NCBI GenBank assembly: GCA_963702845.1
Contig: OY969763.1
Span: 2,112,001 to 2,176,000 of the forward strand
Length of the DNA stretch: 64,000 bases
Direction of reading: 5' to 3'
DNA from: an uncultured Verrucomicrobiae bacterium
Lineage (GTDB): Bacteria > Verrucomicrobiota > Verrucomicrobiia > Limisphaerales > Palsa-1400
A model generated the notes under the pieces. It ran no database searches, had not been told where the DNA came from, and saw only the letters and a program-made list of their open reading frames with translations. A program made the translations under genes and the position numbers. Below, in pieces: positions 1-9,448 of this stretch. How positions within the stretch are numbered: position 1 is the stretch's first letter; each line of letters starts with the position of its first letter.

Positions 1-512
1 ACGCGATGGTTGATTGGGGCCCGACGTATCTAAAGGAAACGAAAGGCGCTTCGTTATCCATGGGCGGGTGGAGCACTGCCATCATCGAACTCGCCGGGGC
101 TTTCGGCATGTTGTTGATGGGCTGGATTTCCGACAAAGTCGGCGGTCGTCGCGGCCTCGTCAGTACCATCATGATGGCTCCGGTGATCCTGGCGTATATA
201 GGGATTGTGTACACGCCGCCGAATATGATGTGGCTGGACATGGCCTTGTTTGGCCTGATCGGGTTTTGTGTTTACACGCCCATCATGGCACTCGGCGTCA
301 TGTCTTTGGACCTGACCTCGAAAAAAGCCGTCGGTGCCGCCGCCGGATTTGTCGGTATGTTCGGTTACTTCGGTCGATTTGTGGAAGGTCAGGCGCTGGC
401 ATCACTTTCGCAACACTACAGTTGGAACGCCGGACTGGTAGCCGTCGTCGGGACCAGCGTAATTGCAACCGTGCTGCTGGCCTTTACATGGAACGTCCGC
501 CCACGAGGCTAA
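1..512 (+). CDS. MFS organophosphate:Pi antiporter, GlpT/UhpC family (5' truncated by window edge)
   Basis: Hydrophobic ORF with DWGPTYLKE, GWISDK..GRR and AVGAAAGFVGMFGY motifs typical of GlpT-like MFS C-terminal halves. Confidence 0.8.
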   Translation, partial: AMVDWGPTYLKETKGASLSMGGWSTAIIELAGAFGMLLMGWISDKVGGRRGLVSTIMMAPVILAYIGIVYTPPNMMWLDMALFGLIGFCVYTPIMALGVMSLDLTSKKAVGAAAGFVGMFGYFGRFVEGQALASLSQHYSWNAGLVAVVGTSVIATVLLAFTWNVRPRG

Positions 513-523
513 ACAAACGTTGC

Positions 524-1729
524 TTACAATTTAATTTTCTCCGCCGCTTGCGAAACGTCCTTATCGCCGCGTCCCGAAAGGTTCACAATCACCAGGCTGT
601 CTTTTGACATCTTCGGCACACGTTCAATAGCCGCGGCGACGGCATGTGAGGATTCAAGCGCCGGAATAATTCCTTCAAGTCGCGCGAGTTTAATAAACGC
701 TTTTAGCGCCTGGTCATCCGTCGCATAGCCGTATTCGGCTCGGTTATTGTCGCGCAACCACGCATGTTCGGGCCCGACCGCAGCATAATCGAGTCCTGCG
801 GAAACACTGTGAGTCGATTGAATCTGGCCATTCTCGTCCTGCAAAATATAAGAGCGCGTTCCTTGCAGCACTCCAAGAGAACCGCCCTGGAACCGCGCCG
901 CGTGCCGTTCAGGAATAATTCCTTCACCGCCGGCCTCGACACCAAGCATCTTGACCTTTTCATCCTGCAAAAACGGATAGAACAGGCCAATCGCATTCGA
1001 GCCGCCGCCAACACAGGCGATCAGCAAATCGGGCAAACGCTCTTCCTGCTCCAAAATCTGCCGACGCGCTTCGTCACCAATGACCCGCTGAAAATTGCGC
1101 ACCATGACAGGGTAGGGGTGAGCTCCGTAAGCTGTCCCCAAAATATAATGCGTACTGCGAACGTTCGTGACCCAGTCGCGCATCGCTTCATTCACCGCTT
1201 CTTTCAACGTCTTCTGTCCAGCGCTGACCGGCACAACTTCAGCCCCCAGCATCTTCATGCGATAAACGTTGAGCGATTGTCTCGCGCAATCGACTTCACC
1301 CATGTAAATGACGCATTTCAAACCAAACATCGCCGACACGGTTGCGGTCGCGACGCCGTGTTGTCCCGCGCCGGTTTCAGCAATGATGCGAGTCTTGCCC
1401 ATGCGTTTCGCCAAAAGAATCTGGCCCATCGCATTGTTGATTTTGTGCGCGCCGGTATGGAGCAGATCTTCGCGCTTCAAATAAATGCGCGCACCACCAA
1501 GTTCGCGCGTGAGGCGTTCGGCAAAATAGAGCGGGGTAGGGCGACCGCAGAATTGTCGCAGGTAATAGTTCAGTTCCTTTTGAAACTCCGGGTCGTGCTG
1601 CGTCCGAAAATATTCCTCTTCCAGTTGCTGCAGCGGATACATCAACGTCTCGGGCACATAACGGCCGCCAAAAGGCCCGAAATGTCCGTGCGCGTCGGGA
1701 ACAGATGTGTTTTCAACTGCAATACTCAT
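524..1729 (-). CDS. trpB: Tryptophan synthase beta chain
   Basis: [30 protein letters not shown] (PLP lysine), [33 protein letters not shown] at 1729. Confidence 0.98.
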   Translation of the reverse strand: MSIAVENTSVPDAHGHFGPFGGRYVPETLMYPLQQLEEEYFRTQHDPEFQKELNYYLRQFCGRPTPLYFAERLTRELGGARIYLKREDLLHTGAHKINNAMGQILLAKRMGKTRIIAETGAGQHGVATATVSAMFGLKCVIYMGEVDCARQSLNVYRMKMLGAEVVPVSAGQKTLKEAVNEAMRDWVTNVRSTHYILGTAYGAHPYPVMVRNFQRVIGDEARRQILEQEERLPDLLIACVGGGSNAIGLFYPFLQDEKVKMLGVEAGGEGIIPERHAARFQGGSLGVLQGTRSYILQDENGQIQSTHSVSAGLDYAAVGPEHAWLRDNNRAEYGYATDDQALKAFIKLARLEGIIPALESSHAVAAAIERVPKMSKDSLVIVNLSGRGDKDVSQAAEKIKL

Positions 1730-1786
1730 CGGCTGTAAAACTAATTGCGAATGCCCGATTGCAAAAGGCAAAACATCGGGCGTGCA

Positions 1787-3220
1787 TTAAGGGAAAAGGA
1801 CACGGTAGAACTGGATCGAGCCCCTGGAATCGTTGAATTGGTATTGTCCTGGAGAAACCTCGGTGGCGCTGCCTATCGAATTGAAACTGTTCGTGATATT
1901 CGAAGTTCCCAGAATTTCGAAGGTGTGGCCGGCGCTGTTACTGAAACTCAATTGAACGGTTCCATTCGACGGCGATGTGATTTTCAATTGAGGTGCGACG
2001 ACAGGTTGAGCAGTAAGCGTCAGTCGGAGGACCTGTCTTCCGTCGCCGCCAGTAACGATGCTTTTCGCAAACGTCGAACCGTCCGACGTTTGAACCGTTC
2101 CGGTCCCGCCGATCGTCGGTGCGGTGATGATATCAAAGGTTGTGCCAATATCCGGAACGTACCCATTCGCAAAATTAACGGAGATAGCGCCGGAGAGCGA
2201 CGCCGAGCCGCCGGTGCCGACGTCGATCGAGCTATAACTCGACGGTCCGGCAATCGTAATACTGACAACGCCGCCCGTTCCTTCGGAATAGGAACAATTG
2301 GCAAGAAAGCTGAGCTTCGCGATCAGATTGACTGGCAGGCTTGCGATGTTCGTCGCGGCGCTACTGCTGAAATCGAAAGCTGCGGGAATCAACAAACCCG
2401 CTGTGTGCCCAAGCGATATTCCACACGTCTGCATCATCAACGTGCCCCCTTGCTGCCCGGAAAAAAAGCCGCCAAAAGTGAAGGTGTTCACCGCACTGGT
2501 ATTGATGTTCGAAATGCTATTCACCATCACGGTTCCGGAATACAACGTGAAACTATTGGTGGACTGTGGCCCGGTGCCGATTGCATTTCCAAATTGCAAC
2601 TTCGCGCATGCCAGCGTTCCCCCCGTCATTGTATAATTCCCGAACCCAGTTCCTGCCGCGATGTTTCGGCCGAGTTGCGTAAGCCCTGTTGCGTTGCGCA
2701 GATAAATAGTGCCGCCGTTCTGGTTAACGATGCCGCTACCGCGGTTGCCGACTGCAAAGATCGGGTTCGCCTGGTTCACTAGAATCGACCCTCCGTAAAT
2801 GTTGTAAGTGCCGATGGCCGTCGTTCCGAAACCGACGTTCAAATTACCACCGGTCAAAAGCACGTTTCCATCGTCCAATTCAAACACACCTGTCCCGCCG
2901 CCAGTCGCAGCGTTTCCCCCTGAGCGCAGGTCAGAGCTAAGCGTCATCGACCCGCCAGTCATGATCAAAGTGCCCGTCGTTGTGTTGGTGTCTCCCATTT
3001 GCACCACCACGTTGCTGATGTTCTGAGATGAGTCGATGATGGCTGTGCCACCGTTGTTGATGCTTGCGCTATCGGTGTTGGTCGGAGCAATCCCGCCCTG
3101 CCAATTCGTAGCTATGTTAAAAAGCCCGCTGTTCGTATTGCCCCAATAAATCGTTGCCCCAGGACAATGCAAATTTATACCAACCAACAGGAGAATGCCG
3201 AGGGCCTTTGCAGTGGTCAT
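1787..3220 (-). CDS. Secreted Gly/Thr/Asn-rich beta-helix-like protein with C-terminal FYR-type domain
   Basis: Signal peptide, passenger-like G/T/N repeats (NW..G.AP, VGNRGSG.VNQNGG), ends ...YQFNDSRGSIQFYRVLFP. Confidence 0.75.
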   Translation of the reverse strand: MTTAKALGILLLVGINLHCPGATIYWGNTNSGLFNIATNWQGGIAPTNTDSASINNGGTAIIDSSQNISNVVVQMGDTNTTTGTLIMTGGSMTLSSDLRSGGNAATGGGTGVFELDDGNVLLTGGNLNVGFGTTAIGTYNIYGGSILVNQANPIFAVGNRGSGIVNQNGGTIYLRNATGLTQLGRNIAAGTGFGNYTMTGGTLACAKLQFGNAIGTGPQSTNSFTLYSGTVMVNSISNINTSAVNTFTFGGFFSGQQGGTLMMQTCGISLGHTAGLLIPAAFDFSSSAATNIASLPVNLIAKLSFLANCSYSEGTGGVVSITIAGPSSYSSIDVGTGGSASLSGAISVNFANGYVPDIGTTFDIITAPTIGGTGTVQTSDGSTFAKSIVTGGDGRQVLRLTLTAQPVVAPQLKITSPSNGTVQLSFSNSAGHTFEILGTSNITNSFNSIGSATEVSPGQYQFNDSRGSIQFYRVLFP

Positions 3221-3326
3221 GCGCGGGATACTAGCTTTTCTATTGACTGACGAAAGAACAATTCTTGCGTTTATTCCAAGTTGACCGCGTTGCGTTCCGC
3301 ACCGTCATTGGGCAGCATACGCGCAG

Positions 3327-4373
3327 GTGAGCGTTCTTGCCGAAATACAAAACGAAATTCGCGAAAAAGGCCCAATCACATTCGCGCGGTTCATGGAGAT
3401 GGCGCTGTATTCGGCTGGGGGCTATTACGAACGCGGCACGGTTATTGGCAAGAAAGGGGATTTCTACACCAGCGTCAGTGTCGGGCCCCTGTTCGGCGAA
3501 CTGTTGGCGCGGCAATTTTCCGTTTGGCTTCGCGAAAACGAAACACTTCAACTTTTCGAGGTGGGAGCCCACGACGGCAGTCTCGCCCGCGACATTATTA
3601 GTTGGTTCGCTAAGCACCAGTCAGAGGTTGCGCAACGTCTGGAATATGTAATTGTCGAACCGTCGGGAGAGCGGCGCGCATGGCAACAAAGAACTCTCGA
3701 ACAATTTCGTGACCGCGCAAGATGGGAAAACGGCCTGCCACGTGAAATTCGCGGCGTAATTTTCAGCAACGAACTTCTCGATGCAATGCCCGCACATCGA
3801 TTGCGCTGGAGTGCGGAACTGCTTAAATGGGACGAATGGATTGTTGCGATGGATGGGGCCAAGTTGATGTGGCATAGCAGCACCATCACGCCAGACGCGA
3901 TGGCCTGTGCGCCAGATGTCGCTGAGCAACTCGCCGAAGTCTTGCCAGATGGATTTACCGTCGAGGTTTCTCCTGCGGCCGCCAAATGGTGGAACGAAGC
4001 GGCCAGCGCTCTGCAGCGAGGCCGCCTCGTCGCGATCGATTACGGATTGACTCAACCAGAATGGTTTCGTCCCGACCGCAGCAATGGCACCGCGCGCACA
4101 TACTTAAAACATCGTCTCGCTGACGACTTGCTTGCGAACCCCGGCGACCAGGACATCACCGCCCACGTCAATTGGACGGCGATTCAGCGTTTGGGTGAAG
4201 ATGCGGGTTTGCGTACGGAATTATTTTCGTCCCAGGAGCAGTTCCTGATGCAAATCGTCAAAATGGCTGCCGATGAGAATTGGAGCGCTGAGCAAATCAG
4301 ACAATTAAAAACCCTTACTCACCCGAATTTCCTCGGCCGCTCTTTTCGCGTGCTCGTGCAACGGCGCGATTAA
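3327..4373 (+). CDS. SAM-dependent methyltransferase, MidA/NDUFAF7 family
   Basis: GPITFARFMEMALY, GDFYTS, EVGAHDG, SNELLDAMP, IDYG, PGDQDITAHVNW motifs. Confidence 0.92.
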   Translation: MSVLAEIQNEIREKGPITFARFMEMALYSAGGYYERGTVIGKKGDFYTSVSVGPLFGELLARQFSVWLRENETLQLFEVGAHDGSLARDIISWFAKHQSEVAQRLEYVIVEPSGERRAWQQRTLEQFRDRARWENGLPREIRGVIFSNELLDAMPAHRLRWSAELLKWDEWIVAMDGAKLMWHSSTITPDAMACAPDVAEQLAEVLPDGFTVEVSPAAAKWWNEAASALQRGRLVAIDYGLTQPEWFRPDRSNGTARTYLKHRLADDLLANPGDQDITAHVNWTAIQRLGEDAGLRTELFSSQEQFLMQIVKMAADENWSAEQIRQLKTLTHPNFLGRSFRVLVQRRD

Positions 4374-6728
4374 CCGCTACCCAACAAAAGTTGCGGATGC
4401 TCACTGTCTGCGCCGAGCCCGAATCTCGGAAATGCTTTGAGCGAGAACGTCAGCGCAATGCCAAAATCGTTCTTACGTCCAGCGTCGCGATTCTGGGTGA
4501 ATCGGAAACTCAACGCTGCCGTCCAACTGCGCAAGTCGCGATAGATCGTATACTGTTGCTCTTCAAATGTGCCATCCCGGCCTTCAAACCGCTGGGAAAT
4601 CCTGGCAGCCCAATTCTCATTCAGTCGATAGTGTGCCGACGCTTGGATAGTTTTGTGCCCGGGTATTTCCAGCTTTTGTGAGGGGATTGGATTAGTATCA
4701 GAGCGGCTAAGCTGTAGCACAAGTGGATCCACCAGCCCAGGATCGTTATTAATCAGATAGCGGTAGCTGAGACTCGCACTCCAGATATTATTCGGTTGCA
4801 CTGTAATCTGGTGAAGCGTTTCGTTAAACCGGTTGTTCTCCACGTCGTAGCGCATCAGAGAATTAATCAGCAGCCATGATCTCGGCCGTAAATCCAACTC
4901 GGAAAAAACATTCGCGAACGATTCCTCATGAAGGTTATGAGCAACAAAATTGGTGGTGTTTCCGGTGCTTTCCAGGAGCGTTACTGTTTGATCAGGTAGT
5001 GTTTGCAGCCGCCAATCAGTGTACAGCGCCCAATTGACGATGTTTTGACTGGCGCTCTCGCGTTTCGTTTGCAATTTATTCCGCAACGTCAGACGCAAAA
5101 CATTCTGTGTGTCGATCGAATCAATGGCGTTGTATTGAGGATAGTCAATCGGCAACAGGCGCAGAGTTGGCACCTGGTAATCAAATTGCGGTAATTCCGA
5201 TGGAGGCGTGGTGGGCGAGGGCACGAACACATAATTGATGCTCGGCTCAATGATGTGTCGAAGACCGTTCACGTCCCAAAACTTGCTGGTCGGTTCTGTC
5301 CAAACCCTGGACGCTTTAAACGAAGCCTCCGCACCGGTATTAAAAACGCCGCGGGTCAGATCATTCGTTTGCGCAAAGTATCCTGACTCATTCCGATAGT
5401 ACGTAACACGGCCGCCGACTCGCGGTGTTACGGTCAGCCAACCGAAATAGGTCTGCGGCAAAATAAATTGGTGGAACGTATCCACCCGGCCCGCCGTAAA
5501 GTTGTTGGTTATGTTGAACGGATCGGTATTGGCAAAACTTCGTTTGAAATAACCGCCCGAACTTTCACCTTCATAGAAAACAGGCGTGACGCCAAGCTGC
5601 TGACGTAGCGCAGTCAATTTTATGTCCGGCAATCGTTCAACGCGTTCCCAGAAATCGTTCAGTCGCGGTTGCGCCATTGCATTCAGGGAATAATTCGGCC
5701 ACACCTTGTTCACTTCAGCGAAAGAGTTCGGTTGAACGTTCTTGCGATATTCCCGCTCAAAAAAGTCGCGCATAACGAGCGGATCGCTCTGGTAGTGCAT
5801 CCTCATTTTTGCGGTCAGATTTGTCGCAAGGTCAGCCTGATGAGTAAACGTGAACTGGCTGCGGTCGTGCGACAAATTTTGAGGGTACTGGTGAAAGCGT
5901 ATTTGTAACACCGTCAATGTTCGGTTCGCTGTCGTGAATAAAATAATACCGTGCGGTGGCGTTGCCCCATTGCGGGCCGAGGTGCAAGTTGAGGTCCGGT
6001 CCACCGCCAACGCCACGGCGCTCGCGCAAATCCAAACGTAATGCGCCGTCCACTTGTTCATTGGCCTGCCAATTATATCTGCTCAACAGGAATGGCCCAT
6101 AGACGCCGCGATAACCAGGTGTGAAAACGAAATTGTTCTGATGCCGCCCAAAACTGCGCCGGTAGTAGGGGAAGTAAAACACCGGAACGTTGCCAATATA
6201 CAAAGTTGCATCGTGCGCTTCGAAATGATCGCCCGGATACATGACCAGGCGACGTGCGCGAATTCTGTAGGAAGGCTTTGCGTAGTCGTCCGTAGTAATC
6301 GTGGTGTTGGTCGCGATGCAGTACCGGTTCGTTCGACCGCTAAGATGTTCGCCAGACAAAAAGAAGGGATCGTATTGGGTTTTGAATGTGCTCGCCTGCA
6401 TTTCACCCGTTTTGAAATTATAGAGCACGTTCGTGCCACGCCAGAGACGGTCGCGTCCGAGAATAGAAACGTCACCCCGCGCCTTCACCTCGCCGCTCTC
6501 CTCATCTGCCTCGACCTGGTCAGCTATAAGCACCACGCCATGGCTGGTGACCGTGACGCCATTCCCGGCAATCGCAACGCCGCCCTCCGGATATTCAACA
6601 AACCCATTCGTGCCAGTCGCGCTGATTGTCCAAAGCGGTTCGTCCTCTGCGTGCAACCGAAAGACAGTCGCCAGAAGTAAGCAGAGAAAAATAGTTGGTT
6701 TCAACGTCGGTGAGCTAACCAAAACCAA
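4370..6728 (-). CDS. lptD: LPS assembly protein LptD (frameshift near 5884, probably sequencing error)
   Basis: N-terminal OstA-like part (ORF 5832..6728) joins the beta-barrel part (ORF 4370..6061) if one base is removed from the GGG run at 5883-5885; LRHIIEPSINY and YTIYRDLRSW barrel motifs. Confidence 0.85.
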
Positions 6729-6760
6729 CGCCCTCCGACAAGCACTCTTGTTGACACAAG

Positions 6761-7807
6761 CTATTGCGTGGACGCCGGTGATGGTGCAGATAACTTGGCC
6801 TTTGCGTCATCAGACAGTGGGGACGTCTCCAACCAGCTGCGGAAGCCGTTTGGATCGGTGCTGAACCATGTTCCAGCTAAGGCTTCAAGTCGCGCATCGC
6901 GAAGCTCCGTGCGATCAATCGACGCGCCCCATGTCGCCGCCAACGATGGGTTGTTATCCGCGAAACGGCTCGAAATTAAATCAAAGGCGCTATCGCGGCT
7001 CGTTCCTGCGGGAAGTTTCGTCGCCCACTCAACGGCCGCAGTCGCGTCTGCTTCCAGCCACTTCTCGACAATTGTCCGAATATCATCGGCTCGGTTGAAA
7101 CCCTCTGGCTGGGTCATCACCCACGCGGCGGCTTCCGATGGCTCATTGCGCGCCCACATCGTTACGACGCTATGCGTGGCTAAATCGCGCGCGTCTTCTT
7201 CTCCGAAAGCTTGCGCCCATTCTATTGCCTCTCGGGGATTATTCCCCGCCAGGGCTGGCGCCACTGCCGCAATCGCATACGTCTGGTCAGCCTGTTCCAA
7301 AGTTGTCGCGTAGACGCTGGCGGCTTTTGCATCCTGCGCCGCCCAACGTTCGAAAACACTGGTCAGGGCAAACGCCCGGCTGCCCGCATCGTCAGCAACA
7401 TTCAACGCCCAACTTGCTGCCGCATGTGGATCGCATCGTGCCCAGGCGCACAAGATTGATTCCACCGCCATTTTGCGCGTCACCTCGTCATCAATGCTCC
7501 TGGCCCACTCCATTGCTTCTTGCGCCGCTTCGGTATTGCTGATGTTCGTAGCCATCGCATTGCACCGGTCGGATGCATTCAGCGCTTGTTTCCATAACTG
7601 TTCGCGGTGCTGTTCTTCGCTTTTGTCAGTGATAGGGTGCGAACTACGCATCGTCGCAAAGTGCGGCGAAATAGTCCCGTTTTGATCCTCTGAATACTGG
7701 GGCTCCGACGCTGGCGCCGCCTTATGCGAATTGAAAAAGAAAACGCCTGCCGCCGCCGCAATGAATGCGGCAAGCAGCAGGACATTTCGATTCGCAAAGC
7801 TGGTCAT
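6761..7807 (-). CDS. Membrane-anchored alpha-helical repeat protein (W..DP.AA..W repeats, HEAT-like)
   Basis: N-terminal hydrophobic anchor followed by ~30-aa repeats such as WARCDPHAAASW, WAAQDAKAASVY, WARNEPSEAAAW, WLEADATAAVEW; start overlaps the nuclease stop (TAATG). Confidence 0.75.
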   Translation of the reverse strand: MTSFANRNVLLLAAFIAAAAGVFFFNSHKAAPASEPQYSEDQNGTISPHFATMRSSHPITDKSEEQHREQLWKQALNASDRCNAMATNISNTEAAQEAMEWARSIDDEVTRKMAVESILCAWARCDPHAAASWALNVADDAGSRAFALTSVFERWAAQDAKAASVYATTLEQADQTYAIAAVAPALAGNNPREAIEWAQAFGEEDARDLATHSVVTMWARNEPSEAAAWVMTQPEGFNRADDIRTIVEKWLEADATAAVEWATKLPAGTSRDSAFDLISSRFADNNPSLAATWGASIDRTELRDARLEALAGTWFSTDPNGFRSWLETSPLSDDAKAKLSAPSPASTQ

Positions 7808-9181
7808 TAATTACGCGGATTTGGTGCACCCGTCGCAAAATCGGCCGCGTTGTTATTACTATCCGTCGCACCGCCGCCTGCGCGCAAGTCCGATGCAGTA
7901 TTTGACGGCGCCGGTGCCGCTCCTGCACCTTCAAATGCATCCGCCGCGCCGTAGCCGATGAAGTCCGCCACATTGGAGTTCCCGACCGGATTATCGACCG
8001 TCAACAGCGTAGCAGTTTTCGTCAAAGCAACCTTACCTGCCGTTGCGGACATAGCAATTGTTCCAATCTTTTCCGGCGTTGGCAAATTCGCTGTCCCGCC
8101 GGTGCCGGCAGCTTCCTGGATCAAGTAATGGTGCCCGGCGAGAATCGTCCCGCTCAACGTCGTTTCCTGCCAGGTTGAACCGGACGAGCTGGTATATTGG
8201 ACAGCGTAGGTGCTCAGATCAACCGTCGTCGATCCGCTATTATAGAGTTCGATAAAATCGTTCTTGTAGGTTGCTCCGCTGTTGCCGCCACCACCGTAAA
8301 CCTGGCTGATTGTCACGGTGCCCGAACCACCGCCGCCACCCGATCCGCCGCCGTCATTTTTTGCGCGCAACGTTGCCGCGAGCGTCGAGTTCAGCGCAGT
8401 AAAGAATGTATATCCGGTGTCCGCCTGAATTTGGTTCGGCGTCGTATTGTAGTTTGTCCAATTCACGCTGCGAATTCCCTGAACATTCGGCATCTTCACC
8501 GTGATGACACGCGTGGAGGAAGTAATACGGCTGATTGCGGAACCTGAACCCAGCGGCACCACCACGATAATTTTCCAGGTATATGCCGGAATCGCAGCCT
8601 TGCCACTCGGTTGAATACGCGAACCGTTGAATCCACTCGGCCCACAAATAATCAATAGCTCGTTGCCGGCTGATGCCAATGTCCGGCAGTAAGTCTCAAG
8701 GGCCTCCCAAGGTCCCTGGTTGTTGTCCGGCGCTTGGGGCATGATGTTTGACATGTAGAACACCAGGTCGTTGTCCGTGGTGTTGTCCGTCCGGTCCGCC
8801 GACGGGCAGTTGTGCCCGCGGTCATAACCGGAATTAGTGTAATCGCTCGTCGTCACTCGGTAGAAACCCGAGGGCAGCGTTGTGTCGGTGATAAAACTCG
8901 AGCGTCCTGACGAACCGACGTCTGCTGTCGTCAGGTCCCAACTGGCCCAATTCGGCTCACCATTGCTGTCATTGTAATCGATTGCTTCAACGGTTCGTTG
9001 AATCAAATAGTGACTGTGATTGTTCGGGTCCGCCGTCGCGCCACTTGGATTACCAAGTTGCATCTGCAACGACGAATTGATAATTGCCGAAACGTTTAAG
9101 GCTGCGCAAAGCAGCAAGAACGCGGAAACGACAACGCCGGACGCGGAACGAGTACGGGTTAGCAGAGGTACTTTTGTTCAT
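7807..9181 (-). CDS. Secreted DNA/RNA non-specific endonuclease (NucA/EndoG-like) with C-terminal lamin-tail domain
   Basis: GYDRGHNCPSADR and SNIMPQAPDNNQGPW catalytic motifs; LTD motif ISQVYGGGGNSGATYKNDFIELYN. ATG 9181 is in frame only if one A of an AAAA run is removed, which restores a signal peptide matching the paralog. Confidence 0.88.
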
Positions 9182-9252
9182 ATTAGGAACGGTTTTTTTG
9201 ATTTAGTTTTGGTTTCTGCACTTTGGTTTTGGCAGATTTGTGGGACGTGGCC

Positions 9253-9281
9253 ATCTCAATTCGTTTTGATAAAACTGTCAA
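9253..9281 (-). promoter_or_regulatory. Putative sigma70 promoter of the short nuclease
   Basis: TTGACA-17nt-TGAGAT on the - strand; the same boxes and spacing occur upstream of the paralog at 13146-13174. Confidence 0.55.
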
Positions 9282-9339
9282 GCGCTTAACGTTCAAAAAG
9301 TCAATTTGTTACATCTTTGACACGATGCACAAAAAACCT

Positions 9340-9448
9340 CAGTGGAACGACGCGTTGTTGATGCGGCTTTAATCTTAAAAAATGAAAACGCCTGCTGCCA
9401 CCGCAATCAAAACGGCAGCCAGACGCCTTCAATTTGCAAAATCACGTA
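9340..9448 (-). pseudogene. Degenerate 5' remnant of a second copy of the alpha-repeat gene
   Basis: Translates FAN*RRLAAVLIAVAAGVFIFKIKAA versus FANRNVLLLAAFIAAAAGVFFFNSHKAA of 6761..7807; same position directly after the nuclease stop. Confidence 0.65.
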
